DNA of 64,000 nucleotides from Parcubacteria group bacterium. Lineage in GTDB: Bacteria > Patescibacteriota > Minisyncoccia > Moranbacterales > UBA2206. Both the position numbers and the translations under genes were made by a program. Under the pieces are notes generated by a model. That model did not search any database. It was given only the letters and a program-made list of their open reading frames with translations, and was not told where the DNA came from. Location of the stretch: assembly GCA_041674205.1 (NCBI GenBank), contig JBAYWF010000005.1, positions 15,865 to 79,864 of the forward strand, given 5' to 3'. Shown piece by piece: positions 29,377 to 38,606 of this stretch (position 1 is its first letter; the number at the start of each line of letters is the position of its first letter).

Positions 29377-30684
29377 TTATTTTTTTTCCGCCAATACCAA
29401 TACTACATCCTTGACGTCCCCTTTGTGCCAAACCTTCAAAGTTATGCTATCTCCTATATTATATTTGGCAACCAGCCCGCTGAGGCTATTGGCACCATTA
29501 ACCTTCTCTCCGTTAACTTCCAGTATGACATCGTTTTCGGTTATGCCGGCTTTGTCCGCCGGTGATCCCGGAATGACCGCGAAGTCCGTCACCCTGTCGC
29601 CTCGCACCACCAACACGCCATAATCATAGGAAAAATTGAATGCTTTTCTAATTTCATCATCAATCGGGACATAACGCACTCCGAGATACGGCGCGGTGAT
29701 TTTCCCGGTCGTTTTCACTTGTTCGACAACCCGCTTGATTTGATTGGCTGGAATAGCGAATCCGATATTTTGGGCGCCTTGCGCCATCGCCACATTGATT
29801 CCCACCACCTCGCCATCGATATTCAATAAAGGACCGCCGGAATTACCCGGATTGATCGCCGCGTCAGTCTGGATTATATCACTCAACTTCTCCGTTTGCC
29901 CCTGCCCGCCGGAAGCGGTCAAGCTTCTTCCCAAACCGGAAACAATACCTTTGCTGACAGTATTGGAAAATTCGCCCAGCGAATTGCCGATAGCGACCAC
30001 GGATTGTCCGATCTTCAAAGAATCGGAGTCACCCAAGTCCAGCGTCGGATAGCCCTGGCCTTCGATTTTGATAACCGCGATATCATTGACCGGATCCACT
30101 GCTAAAATCTTTGCCGCGTGCTCCTTATTGTCGTTCGTCATAACCGTATATTCAGCCGAAGCATCGGAAACGACGTGCTTATTCGTAACTACCATACCAT
30201 CCTCCGTGACCAGAAAACCTGACCCGCCGCCGACTTTTTTCTTTTGATTCCCATCCGTCGCGCTATCGCTTGAACCGAATTGATCCATACCTTGCCCGAA
30301 AAAATTCCGCAAATCAAAAGGCAGCGATCCCCGGATCTGTGAGATATCTTTACTGATCACGATACTGACCACGGCCGGAGATTTTTTTTCCACCACGTCG
30401 ATAACGGCTGAATCTTCTTCCACGATCCGCTGTTTGATCACTTCCGGATTCTTAACTCCACTTGAAATACCAAGAAGTCCGGTCAACTTATCCGGCAAAA
30501 AGCTTTTCGGTACGCTCCCGGCCAAAAAACCGAAAGTCGCTCCGAAGACCGATGAAATCAAAACCGTCCCCACAATCAAAAAAAACATTCCGATCAACAA
30601 ACCGGCTTTTTTTTTCGGCGCCGGCCGATAGGCGTCCGATTCGGCTCCACCTTGGATTGGCTCATTTATTATTTCCATACGCAT
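29377..30684 (-). CDS. htrA: HtrA/DegP serine protease with PDZ domain (active)
   Basis: N-terminal TM helix. Triad His (VTNKHVV), Asp (DIAVIKI) and Ser (GNSGGPLLN). C-terminal PDZ. Lies 16 nt upstream of clpB. Confidence 0.85.
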   Translation of the reverse strand: MRMEIINEPIQGGAESDAYRPAPKKKAGLLIGMFFLIVGTVLISSVFGATFGFLAGSVPKSFLPDKLTGLLGISSGVKNPEVIKQRIVEEDSAVIDVVEKKSPAVVSIVISKDISQIRGSLPFDLRNFFGQGMDQFGSSDSATDGNQKKKVGGGSGFLVTEDGMVVTNKHVVSDASAEYTVMTNDNKEHAAKILAVDPVNDIAVIKIEGQGYPTLDLGDSDSLKIGQSVVAIGNSLGEFSNTVSKGIVSGLGRSLTASGGQGQTEKLSDIIQTDAAINPGNSGGPLLNIDGEVVGINVAMAQGAQNIGFAIPANQIKRVVEQVKTTGKITAPYLGVRYVPIDDEIRKAFNFSYDYGVLVVRGDRVTDFAVIPGSPADKAGITENDVILEVNGEKVNGANSLSGLVAKYNIGDSITLKVWHKGDVKDVVLVLAEKK

Positions 30685-30806
30685 TGGCGCTGCCGAGCAT
30701 AATCGAAAAAACTATCCAGGGCAGACATTAATTGTTATTTTTTTCGCGACAAAAAACACTTTCAGGCTTGAAACAAAAAAGTAGGTCTTCTGTCGATAGG
30801 AATCAG

Positions 30807-30986
30807 TTATTTGATCGTAATCGCGCTGACCGGGCAGCTATCAGCCGCCTCCTGGCAATCGCAATCTCCACACTCATCCGTCAAGACGTGCGACTTACCA
30901 TCCTCGATTTTAAAGACTGACGGGCAAAGCGACTCGCAAGTTCCGCACCCGATACACAATTCATCGTTTACAACTGCTTTTGACAT
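30807..30986 (-). CDS. small 4Fe-4S ferredoxin
   Basis: CIGCGTCESLCP (CxxCxxCxxxCP) plus extra Cys (CGDCDC...SCP). Track start 31016 is upstream; ATG at 30986. Confidence 0.65.
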   Translation of the reverse strand: MSKAVVNDELCIGCGTCESLCPSVFKIEDGKSHVLTDECGDCDCQEAADSCPVSAITIK

Positions 30987-31071
30987 CTTTTTGTTTATCC
31001 GCTTAAGTTTCCGCAAAGCTGGGCTTTTTCGGATCGGCTTAATTGGATTGTTTTAATTTTAATTAATAACC

Positions 31072-32127
31072 CTATTGAAACATCACTGATATGTCGCCAG
31101 CTGAGTTCTTATCCAGATTTTTTTCGAATTCATCCATCTCAGCGTCTTTGAACCTGACCGATCCCGTTTCCTTATCCCAATAATAATCCTTGAGCAACAA
31201 ACGGACATCCATATCTTTTTCTTGCTCCAGCAGCCAATCGGCAAAGCTTTTTGTCCGCACCATAATCTGCCTGATTTTCACCTTATCGACACCGTCTTCG
31301 GTCTTCTTATCGTCAATCCGGATGAGATGGAATCCGATCGGACTTTCAATCACATCACTATGATCGCCTTTTTTCATCATAAAAGCCGATATGGCGATTT
31401 CCGGCATCATCTGATCGGCTGTAAACCAACCCAAATCCCCTCCGTCTTTCGCGCTATCCCCTTCGGAATATTTTTCAGCCACTTCGGCGAAATCCTTGCC
31501 ACTATCGACCGCTTTCCGCGCTTCAGATATTTTAGCTTCAGCTTTCACGAAATCGCCCTCCGTCGCTCTCCAACTCTTATCCAATTCATCCCGATACATA
31601 TCCGGCTTAACGATTTTTTCTTTGAATTCCTCGATATTCCAACCATACAAGCCATCTAGGGTTTTTTCGACTTCCGAACCGTTCCCATAGCGGTCCATTT
31701 CTCTTTGTACATTTTGCGAAGCCATTTCTTTCGTTATGGTTATGCCGCGCCCGGCAGCCAAATGCTCGATTATCCGATCCTCGATCAATTTATTGAAAAT
31801 ATCCTTCTCTTTTATCTTCAATCTTTTTTGTCCATCCCCGGTCGTAAAATCAACCCTAAGGCCGATGTCGGAAAAATCTTGGCTTTCATAAAAACGCTTG
31901 ACCGCGCTGAGATTCCCGTCCAGTTCCCGCACGCTCACAAAAGCGCCCCGGCCGACAACGGCTGCCGGGAAAGGCAGATATCTGACCGCGCCATCCACCA
32001 AAAAATTACGCTTCCCGAATCCATACAGAAAAACGCAGATAACCATCACATAAACCAACGCTATGACCAAAAAGGCATAGGCGATCGTCCGGGGTTTTAT
32101 TTTTTTTTCCACCTTGGCTTTCTTCAT
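31072..32127 (-). CDS. membrane-anchored parvulin-type peptidyl-prolyl isomerase (PrsA/SurA-like)
   Basis: N-terminal TM helix. Parvulin rotamase motif GGDLGWFTADQMMPEIAISAFMMKKGDHSDVIESPIGFHLIRI. Confidence 0.75.
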   Translation of the reverse strand: MKKAKVEKKIKPRTIAYAFLVIALVYVMVICVFLYGFGKRNFLVDGAVRYLPFPAAVVGRGAFVSVRELDGNLSAVKRFYESQDFSDIGLRVDFTTGDGQKRLKIKEKDIFNKLIEDRIIEHLAAGRGITITKEMASQNVQREMDRYGNGSEVEKTLDGLYGWNIEEFKEKIVKPDMYRDELDKSWRATEGDFVKAEAKISEARKAVDSGKDFAEVAEKYSEGDSAKDGGDLGWFTADQMMPEIAISAFMMKKGDHSDVIESPIGFHLIRIDDKKTEDGVDKVKIRQIMVRTKSFADWLLEQEKDMDVRLLLKDYYWDKETGSVRFKDAEMDEFEKNLDKNSAGDISVMFQ

Positions 32128-32173
32128 ATCTTATTATTCCAATCGATCATCATTTCGGAACCATCCGCCGGAA

Positions 32174-32575
32174 TCAATATTTGAAAAAATAGTTCCACCA
32201 TTTCATATGGTTAGCGACTACCACTTTGACTTCGGGTTTTTCCACTTGAACCGACGGCTCAGCGGGAATTTCTTTCGTTGCCATTCCTGGCTTCACGATT
32301 ATCACCTGCTCATCAGGACTTTTCAAATTCAACTTATCCTTAGCTTCCATCTCCATATAGTCCTTGCTTTGGAAATAGGCGATCTTGTCCTGGATAATGG
32401 AATTTTTTTTACTGATTTTGTCCGCTTCTTCCCGTAACCGGTCGATTTCAGCTTGTATCTGATTTTTTTTAATCGTCTCCTTATAAATCGCCGTACCGAC
32501 GAAAATCAGGATGACGGCTCCGGACAATAATCCGATTTTCACGCTTATGGAACTATACCAGCTCTTATTACCCAT
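32174..32575 (-). CDS. septum-formation initiator family (FtsB/DivIC-like), tentative
   Basis: One TM helix followed by a heptad-rich segment (QIQAEIDRLREEADKISKKNSIIQDKIAYFQSKDYME). Track start is TTG; ATG at 32575. Confidence 0.4.
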   Translation of the reverse strand: MGNKSWYSSISVKIGLLSGAVILIFVGTAIYKETIKKNQIQAEIDRLREEADKISKKNSIIQDKIAYFQSKDYMEMEAKDKLNLKSPDEQVIIVKPGMATKEIPAEPSVQVEKPEVKVVVANHMKWWNYFFKY

Positions 32576-32785
32576 AATTTCCAAAAGTTATCGGGCTATT
32601 ACGTATATAATAAAGCCGGAGCGATCGTGAATCCGACCATTGCCAAAACAGCCAATATGGAAATCATCACCCATATCATATGCATTCTCTTATTTCTTTT
32701 TTTGATGCTCATAGGGTTATCTTAGCAAATTTTTACCATCCGGACAATATCGGCAAAAACCATATTATCGGGATAACGCCTTTTC

Positions 32786-33277
32786 CTAAACGATTTCTTT
32801 GAATTTATCCTTTGGCGCCCCGCAAACCGGACATTTTTCAGGTTTCGCGCCGATTTCTACGTGGCCGCAAACCCCGCAAACATAATATGTCTGCTCGGCG
32901 ATATCGCCTTCTTGGGCCAAAGCCTCCTGGAAAAGTTTGGCGTGCTCTTTTTCGATTTCATTGGCCCGCTGGAAACTGAGAACAGCCGCGCCTTCCCCTT
33001 CCGACTGAGCCTCTTCGATAAATCGCGGATACATCTCGGTGAACTCATGCGTCTCGCCATCGATAGCCGCTTGCAAATTAGCTTTGGAATCGCCGACTCC
33101 GCCCAGGACAGCCAGATGCCCGAGCGCGTGGATCGTCTCGCCTTCCGCCGCCACGCGGAAAAGCTGCGCCAAACCTTTTTGCCCATCCGTTTCCGCTTTT
33201 TTAGCGAAGGCCAGATATTTACGATTAGCCTGTGATTCGCCCGCGAAAGCCGCCTGCAAATTTTCTGCTGTTTTCAT
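32786..33277 (-). CDS. rubrerythrin (ferritin-like diiron domain + C-terminal rubredoxin-like CxxC...CxxC)
   Basis: ExxH diiron ligands (EGETIH, DGETHEF, EIEKEH) and C-terminal CGVCGH...CPVCG. Confidence 0.9.
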   Translation of the reverse strand: MKTAENLQAAFAGESQANRKYLAFAKKAETDGQKGLAQLFRVAAEGETIHALGHLAVLGGVGDSKANLQAAIDGETHEFTEMYPRFIEEAQSEGEGAAVLSFQRANEIEKEHAKLFQEALAQEGDIAEQTYYVCGVCGHVEIGAKPEKCPVCGAPKDKFKEIV

Positions 33278-33336
33278 TTTATTTTCGCTTAATAATTACT
33301 TTCCATACTACAATCTTCACTGTCCGATATTCTTTT

Positions 33337-34080
33337 TCAGAACAGTTTGTTCGGATTCAAATATGAATCCAAAGTATAAATCCAGTTTTCATCATTTTCG
33401 ATGCCTTGCTCGCGGGCCATGACTTTCTGGTTGAACAGCCAATTCAAATAGCCCGCGTCTTTCTTGGCCACTTCACTCACCTTCTCGCCGTTATATTTCC
33501 CGAAGTTGAACTTCTTGATCAAAATCGGCCTGGCCGAGATTTCCAGCATCCGCTCCAGCACCTTTTCTTCACTTCCCGATTCCGCCAGCATTTTTTGGAA
33601 ATAATACTCGAACAACCTTTCCAAAACCCGCACGTCGCCCAGCGCGTCGTGGGCCGGGGCGTTTTCCACTTCCAAATCGAAATAGTAGCGCAGATATTGC
33701 AAGTTGTATTTGGGAATTTCCCCGTCCACGTCCAAATCCTGGGCCACTTTATAGGTATCAATAGTCTTTTTGACTTCGACTTGCTCGCGGCGCAGCATTT
33801 CCGCGTCAAACGCGGCGTTATGGGCCACCAAAATATTGCCAGCTGCAAACAGGACCTGCAAATCTTTTTTCATTTGCGAATCAGCGAAAGGTTCTTTGTC
33901 CGCCACCATTTTATTGGTGATGTGAGCCACCGCCATCGCCTCGATTTCGATCGGCACCGGCGGCTTGAAAAGCGACTCGGATTCCGTGCCGTTGAATTTA
34001 TAGGCGACCTGGCACAAGCGTCCGTCCGCTCCGATGCCGGTCGTTTCGGTATCCAAAAAAACCAGGTTGTTTTTTTCCAT
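33337..34080 (-). CDS. DEDDh 3'-5' exonuclease (DnaQ/epsilon-like) with extra C-terminal domain
   Basis: Exo motifs FLDTETTG, VAHNAAFD and HDALGD, plus a ~90 aa C-terminal extension. Confidence 0.75.
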   Translation of the reverse strand: MEKNNLVFLDTETTGIGADGRLCQVAYKFNGTESESLFKPPVPIEIEAMAVAHITNKMVADKEPFADSQMKKDLQVLFAAGNILVAHNAAFDAEMLRREQVEVKKTIDTYKVAQDLDVDGEIPKYNLQYLRYYFDLEVENAPAHDALGDVRVLERLFEYYFQKMLAESGSEEKVLERMLEISARPILIKKFNFGKYNGEKVSEVAKKDAGYLNWLFNQKVMAREQGIENDENWIYTLDSYLNPNKLF

Positions 34081-34088
34081 ATTTATTT

Positions 34089-34337
34089 TTATCCGTTTGA
34101 ATTGATTAGTTCCAACTTCTTTTCCCGGAACATTTTTTTGACGCGCGCTTCTTCCTTGGACGCGGCTGAACGGTTTTTGAATTTTTTAGAATAGACCAGT
34201 CTGACCGGCCGGCGCGCGCTGGTATATTTAGCTCCCAGTTTGGAATCGTTATGCTCCGCGATCCGGCGTTCCAAATCGACCGTGATGCCGGTATAGATGG
34301 TTCCGTCCCGGCAGATAAGCATATATAAATAATACAT
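34089..34337 (-). CDS. GIY-YIG domain small nuclease (UPF0213-like)
   Basis: YYLYMLICRDGTIYTGITVDLERRIAEHN matches the GIY-(x10)-YTG motif with conserved R and E. 82 aa. Confidence 0.75.
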   Translation of the reverse strand: MYYLYMLICRDGTIYTGITVDLERRIAEHNDSKLGAKYTSARRPVRLVYSKKFKNRSAASKEEARVKKMFREKKLELINSNG

Positions 34338-34378
34338 AATAGCACCCGCTCTACCCAGGCAAATTAACTCCTTTCATC

Positions 34379-34441
34379 TTAGCACAAAAAAACGACCCGG
34401 CCAAAACCGAAGATTGACAAAATTCCTGTTTGTGCTAAAAT
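34379..34441. promoter_or_regulatory. divergent promoter region: inverted TTAGCACAAA / TTTGTGCTAA arms plus TTGACA-N16-TAAAAT
   Basis: 10-nt perfect inverted repeat arms at 34379-34388 and 34429-34438. The right arm forms an extended -10 (TGTGCTAAAAT) for the plus-strand ORF at 34495. The left arm gives TGTGCTAAGAT for the minus-strand GIY-YIG gene. Confidence 0.4.
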
Positions 34442-34494
34442 AAATCGCTGGTTTACATATAAGAATTTTAAAAAAATTCCAGGAGGGTGTCCTT

Positions 34495-34710
34495 ATGGAA
34501 GTCAACTCGAGTATATTGGTAAAAAAGACTCTTCGGAACAAAACTGCCATAACGCTGGTAGCGATGGTGGATAGGATATTCGCGGATATCCACGCCCAAA
34601 ACATTCCACTGACCGAAGAGGAAGGAAGTATCTTCCTTGATGCGATATTATTCCATAGCCACGATTTGTGGCCAAAATACCCTCCCCAGCGGAAAACACT
34701 GAAAAGCTAA
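34495..34710 (+). CDS. hypothetical small protein (71 aa)
   Basis: Strong SD AGGAGGG 6 nt before the ATG. No family. Confidence 0.4.
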   Translation: MEVNSSILVKKTLRNKTAITLVAMVDRIFADIHAQNIPLTEEEGSIFLDAILFHSHDLWPKYPPQRKTLKS

Positions 34711-34795
34711 AAAACCTTCCGCCACCGACAGGGACAGACATAGTTTATGTTTGTCCCTGTTTTAATTTCAAATCAAAAGCCTGGATTTTTACCAT

Positions 34796-35158
34796 CTAAA
34801 CTTCTTCCAGCATCAAAATCCTTTTCTTGAATCCGCCCCTTTCTTCCGCCTTGGCTTGTTTGATTTTCATGATTTCTTCCCAACTCAAACCGTTCAATTC
34901 CAAAAGGCTATCCAAAATCTCCATCACATCCGCGACCTCTTCCGCCAAATGTTCGCGCCCTTCCGCGTGCGCCAATTCATATGCCTCTTCCTCGACTTTC
35001 TTGAGCAGGAATTCCAAATATTCCTGATCGCCCTCCAGGATCCGCGTCTTGACTTCCTTGCCGGTTTTTTGCCCTACAACTTCCGGAATGTTGTCGCGCA
35101 CCAGTTTCGGATATATTTTTTCTTTGGCCAAATTAGTTTCGAAATGTTCCAATTCCAT
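34796..35158 (-). CDS. MazG/HisE-like nucleotide pyrophosphohydrolase
   Basis: KLVRDNIPEVV start motif and EEAYELAHA...LAEEVADVMEIL EExxE...ExxD helices. Track start is TTG; ATG at 35158. Confidence 0.6.
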   Translation of the reverse strand: MELEHFETNLAKEKIYPKLVRDNIPEVVGQKTGKEVKTRILEGDQEYLEFLLKKVEEEAYELAHAEGREHLAEEVADVMEILDSLLELNGLSWEEIMKIKQAKAEERGGFKKRILMLEEV

Positions 35159-35184
35159 ATTTTTTTTAAAAAAATCTATTACCC

Positions 35185-35895
35185 TCAAAATTTAACATCG
35201 TATGATTTGAGCAACGTCCTTATTTCTTCAGCATCCTTGTCTTCCTGAATCTTGGTCTGTTCATTTTTTATCTGCTTGACCCTTTTCCAGGTTATGCCGT
35301 TAATTTTCAAAATCACACCGATCAATTTGACGATATCCGCGATTATTTCTTTCAATGTTTCCACGTCATAAGCCTTATCCAGGATATTGGTTTTTATCAC
35401 CATTTTTTTCAGCAGATTTACGAATCCGCTAGCCAAGTCATTCGCACCCAGATCCACGCTTACGCTTGATTGTTTGTCCTTCGTCAATCTGATCGACATC
35501 CAATCCAATCCGTTATTTTTCAAAACCTCGGTCAAAAGTTCGGCCAGTTTGGAAAGTTTCATAGCCAAATCTTCCTCGCCTTTGACTTCCAGCATATCCG
35601 CCGCCACTTGTTGGATATCTTTATATAAAATTTCCAAGTGCTTAACCTTGTCCCTTAATTGCTCCGCTTCGTCCATTTTTCCATCCGAATGTTCCTGGCC
35701 ATCGGCATACGAAACCAAGACGAATTTACCATCCGGGTCACCATCCTTTTCGGATGCGGGGCCCTGATATTCCACCAACTTATAATGTCCGGCCTTATCC
35801 GCGGATGGCGGCCTATTATGTCCCAGCAATTTAGCGCCTTCATCCTGTTTTGGCGATCCCTGATCGGACCAGATTTCCATTCCTTTAAAACCCAT
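35185..35895 (-). CDS. protein with low-complexity N-region and two MazG-like all-alpha repeats
   Basis: Two similar segments, ...AADMLEVKGEEDLAMKLSKLAELLTEVLKNNGLDW and ...LKEIIADIVKLIGVILKINGITW, resembling the C-terminal helices of MazG-type pyrophosphatases. Confidence is moderate. Confidence 0.45.
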   Translation of the reverse strand: MGFKGMEIWSDQGSPKQDEGAKLLGHNRPPSADKAGHYKLVEYQGPASEKDGDPDGKFVLVSYADGQEHSDGKMDEAEQLRDKVKHLEILYKDIQQVAADMLEVKGEEDLAMKLSKLAELLTEVLKNNGLDWMSIRLTKDKQSSVSVDLGANDLASGFVNLLKKMVIKTNILDKAYDVETLKEIIADIVKLIGVILKINGITWKRVKQIKNEQTKIQEDKDAEEIRTLLKSYDVKF

Positions 35896-35915
35896 AGATT
35901 CAAATTAATTTTTTA

Positions 35916-36632
35916 TCAAACCGATGCCTGCTTCACCATCCGCATTTTCAAAATGAGGAAATTAGGATGTTGTTCGACTTTTATGAATTCGACTTTTTTG
36001 GCGCTTAGCGCGTCAAAGCCGTCCCCGTCGACCAAGGTCGCCGTATTCCGCCCGCCTAGGATCAAATTGCCGATTTTCAAATCGATCTCATCGACGCAAT
36101 CCTTTTCCAGAAGAGAGGAAATCAATTCTCCCCCGCCCTCGACCAACAGGGATTTGACGCCGGCCGCCGACAAAATTTCCAAAGCTTTTTCAATATCGAC
36201 CCTGTCTCCCGCCATTACGTGCACCGTCGCCTTCCCCTCCAATTCCTTTATTTTTCCGGCCGAAGTCTTGGCGGTCGTAAAAACGATTTTCTTTCCCTCG
36301 CCTTTGTCGAAAAAATCCCCGGAAACATTGAGATCGTCGGCGTCGGATATGGCGACGATTTTCATCGGCTCGGCGGTCCTGCACAAAGCGATCCTTTTTT
36401 GCCTGCGTTCATCCGTCTTGACCGTCAATCCGGAATCATCCAACCGGAGCGTATTGCCGCCGATCATCACCGCGTCCGCTTCGACCCGGTGATCATAGAG
36501 CATCTCGCGGTCATCGCACGACGAAATCGCCGAGCATTCCCTCTTGTAGTTGCTTATCTTGCCATCTACCGACATCCCCGAACAGATAGTCACGAACGGA
36601 CGCCGCGGTTTTTCGCCTGCATTTTTGTCCAT
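35916..36632 (-). CDS. RibD C-terminal domain / DHFR-like reductase family
   Basis: RPFVTICSGMSVDGKIS ... LLVEGGGELISSLL pattern of the RibD_C / riboflavin-precursor reductase family. No deaminase domain. Confidence 0.65.
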   Translation of the reverse strand: MDKNAGEKPRRPFVTICSGMSVDGKISNYKRECSAISSCDDREMLYDHRVEADAVMIGGNTLRLDDSGLTVKTDERRQKRIALCRTAEPMKIVAISDADDLNVSGDFFDKGEGKKIVFTTAKTSAGKIKELEGKATVHVMAGDRVDIEKALEILSAAGVKSLLVEGGGELISSLLEKDCVDEIDLKIGNLILGGRNTATLVDGDGFDALSAKKVEFIKVEQHPNFLILKMRMVKQASV

Positions 36633-36860
36633 AATATTTATCGATAAAAAACGGATTATGCCTTGGCAACGCTCAGCCTGTAAATTTCCGGCGCCCCTCC
36701 CAAATCGCTTGTTTGACCAAAACGGTCTAGGTTTATTTTAGCACGAAAACCAGCCTGGTGGAAATCGATTTTTTGCCGATTTTTTACACAAAAGGAATAT
36801 CCGCTAGATATTTACGGCGTGAGGAGGCGGTCTGTATCGGAAACAGAGTTGATGGATTTT

Positions 36861-37556
36861 TCATATCAAACCGATCAGGACGATTCCCGCTTCGACGGTT
36901 TCCGGCTTGTCGCGCCGATAGGAAAACAGATCCGGGTCGGAGTAAGTGCAATGGCCGGTATCTTCGATGTTACCAGTCGGAACCCCTTGGCTGGAAATCT
37001 TGCCTTTGGCGATACCTTTCAAATCCACGAAATATTTCCCATCTTTTTTTTCTATATGGTCCGCGTAATCCTTGAAATTGCCAAGAACGTCTTCCTTGAT
37101 TTCGAAATGGCATTTTTCAATAGCCGGACCGATTGCCACATGAAGGTTCTCCGGCGAACCGCCGAGTGCCGAAATTTCCGCGATCGTATTTTCAACGACG
37201 CCAGCCAAAAGTCCGCGCCAGCCGGCGTGCGCGATGCCGACGATCCCCCGCTTGTTTTCATAAAACAAAATAGGCAAACAATCCGCTACCGTAACTGAAA
37301 GAAAGCGGTTTTTCCCTATCGCAACCAAAGCATCCGTATCGGAAAAAATCAGCGGACTATCCGTCGAAACTTTTCGCACATTGCTCGAATGGGTCAAATC
37401 AGCGCTAAAAACCTGATTTTCCCCAATGCCTATTTTAGCGAAAAATCCGTTCCGATTGCCGTCATTCTCCCCGCCCGGCAGAAGCTTCATCGAGCCGTCC
37501 GCCTTTTCCGACATGACCGCTTTGATTTCCGGAAATTTTTTGAAAAATCCGATCAT
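36861..37556 (-). CDS. pgeF: PgeF/YfiH family (DUF152, purine nucleoside phosphorylase / laccase-domain protein)
   Basis: VADCLPILFYENKRGIVGIAHAGWRGL and a C-terminal His/Cys region. Confidence 0.85.
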   Translation of the reverse strand: MIGFFKKFPEIKAVMSEKADGSMKLLPGGENDGNRNGFFAKIGIGENQVFSADLTHSSNVRKVSTDSPLIFSDTDALVAIGKNRFLSVTVADCLPILFYENKRGIVGIAHAGWRGLLAGVVENTIAEISALGGSPENLHVAIGPAIEKCHFEIKEDVLGNFKDYADHIEKKDGKYFVDLKGIAKGKISSQGVPTGNIEDTGHCTYSDPDLFSYRRDKPETVEAGIVLIGLI

Positions 37557-38062
37557 TATATTTTTCTAATCCCTAACAAGCTTCGGGTATGGAATTTTAC
37601 GGCGCAACCTTCGAATTTGACTTCCAACTCCGGATTTTCCTCCCTGTCATACGCATCCAAATCAAAATCGATATCGCCGTGCTTTTCTCGGAATTCCGGA
37701 AGCGCCGCCTTGGTCACGAACTCGGCGTGCTCCAATCCGTTCTTGTGTTTGTTGTTTTCCTTAGGCGCCAACAATTCGATGCCCGCGATTGAAAATCTTC
37801 CATATTCAATCGGTGTTTCCAAGCGGCAAACGAAAACCGATCTGCCATTGAACATCTTTTCATCATACTTCTTAGCGAAGCCGGCCATTTTGCTTTTCAC
37901 TTCTTCATATTTTTCCATGCTGTCCGTCCGGTACGCGATGTAGTCCAATTCCGCAAATTCATCCAAGAAAAAACCGGACTTTTCCAAATTTTGGAAAACC
38001 CCATCCAAAAAAAATCCGTAGTCGCCCAGGACATATTCGATTTTCTGTGATAAATCTTCCAT
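37556..38062 (-). CDS. hypothetical protein, possibly VOC/glyoxalase-like fold
   Basis: 168 aa, soluble, ATG confirmed. Fold is a guess. Confidence 0.35.
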   Translation of the reverse strand: MEDLSQKIEYVLGDYGFFLDGVFQNLEKSGFFLDEFAELDYIAYRTDSMEKYEEVKSKMAGFAKKYDEKMFNGRSVFVCRLETPIEYGRFSIAGIELLAPKENNKHKNGLEHAEFVTKAALPEFREKHGDIDFDLDAYDREENPELEVKFEGCAVKFHTRSLLGIRKI

Positions 38063-38091
38063 AAGTATGAACGCCGTCTTGCAAAATGGCT

Positions 38092-38304
38092 TTATTTATT
38101 TTCTGCAATATTCCTGTTCCAAGCCTCTATATTTATTGCCATATACATAATAGGCTTATTTCTAATGGCGTCCTCCGTACAATTATTTATTTTCATTATC
38201 AATTCATGGTCATCATAATCCCGCACCGCTCCCATTTCATAACGGATTTTCTCTTCATCGAACAATCCTGGTTTTTCCGTTTTTAGTCCATTTAATTTCC
38301 CCAT
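38092..38304 (-). CDS. small hypothetical protein (70 aa)
   Basis: Track start is GTG; ATG at 38304 gives MGKLNGLK... No family. First gene of the accessory locus. Confidence 0.3.
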   Translation of the reverse strand: MGKLNGLKTEKPGLFDEEKIRYEMGAVRDYDDHELIMKINNCTEDAIRNKPIMYMAINIEAWNRNIAENK

Positions 38305-38454
38305 AAGCCAAAGATATTTCTTCACGTTTAAAACAACCTTGGACTCTTTATTGTTTTTCTGGGATTTATCCGGCCCTGTTTTTTCACCCTTCCATCCGCC
38401 AGTAAATCCAATATTTTTTCACCCACATTTTTATTTTATTCAATTCAATGTTTT

Positions 38455-38535
38455 CCTCTTCCATTTCTCTTATTATACAACCTTTCCGTAAATCCGCCTT
38501 GCTGTCCAATTTGTCATACCTTGATTGTAGCATAA
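38455..38535 (-). pseudogene. remnant of a second four-helix-bundle gene (promoter + first codons fused to last ~13 codons)
   Basis: 38457-38497 is about 36/40 identical to 39830-39870, the 3' end of the intact gene (encodes GGFTERLYNKR). 38512-38535 repeats that gene's promoter/start context (attttatGCTACAATcaaggtATG vs tttgtGCTACAATtgaggaATG). Confidence 0.45.
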
Positions 38536-38572
38536 AATAAAAAAGGGCGGATACTCAAAGGAGGATCCGCCC
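38533..38572 (-). terminator. rho-independent terminator (GGGCGGAT...ATCCGCCC type) after the Zn-ribbon ORF
   Basis: Minus strand: GGGCGGATcctcctttgagtATCCGCCC followed by TTTTTTATTTT. Confidence 0.6.
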
Positions 38573-38606
38573 GTTTGCGCTTCATACGGCGCCAAGACTG
38601 CAAACT

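Noticed and set aside
32599-32712. 37-aa hydrophobic minus-strand mini-ORF (MSIKKRNKRMHMIWVMISILAVLAMVGFTIAPALLYT)
   Set aside because: No SD, no terminator and no homology. It is kept out of the feature list as unsupported, though a tiny membrane peptide cannot be excluded.
34379-34438. TTAGCACAAA...TTTGTGCTAA inverted repeat as a second CIRCE
   Set aside because: The spacer is 40 nt instead of 9 and the inner halves do not match CIRCE. It is better explained as two divergent extended -10 promoters.
36633-36860. Possible FMN riboswitch upstream of the RibD_C-type reductase
   Set aside because: No recognisable RFN core (GGATGGG/aptamer helices) on the minus strand. The protein lacks the deaminase half and is probably not a rib-operon gene.
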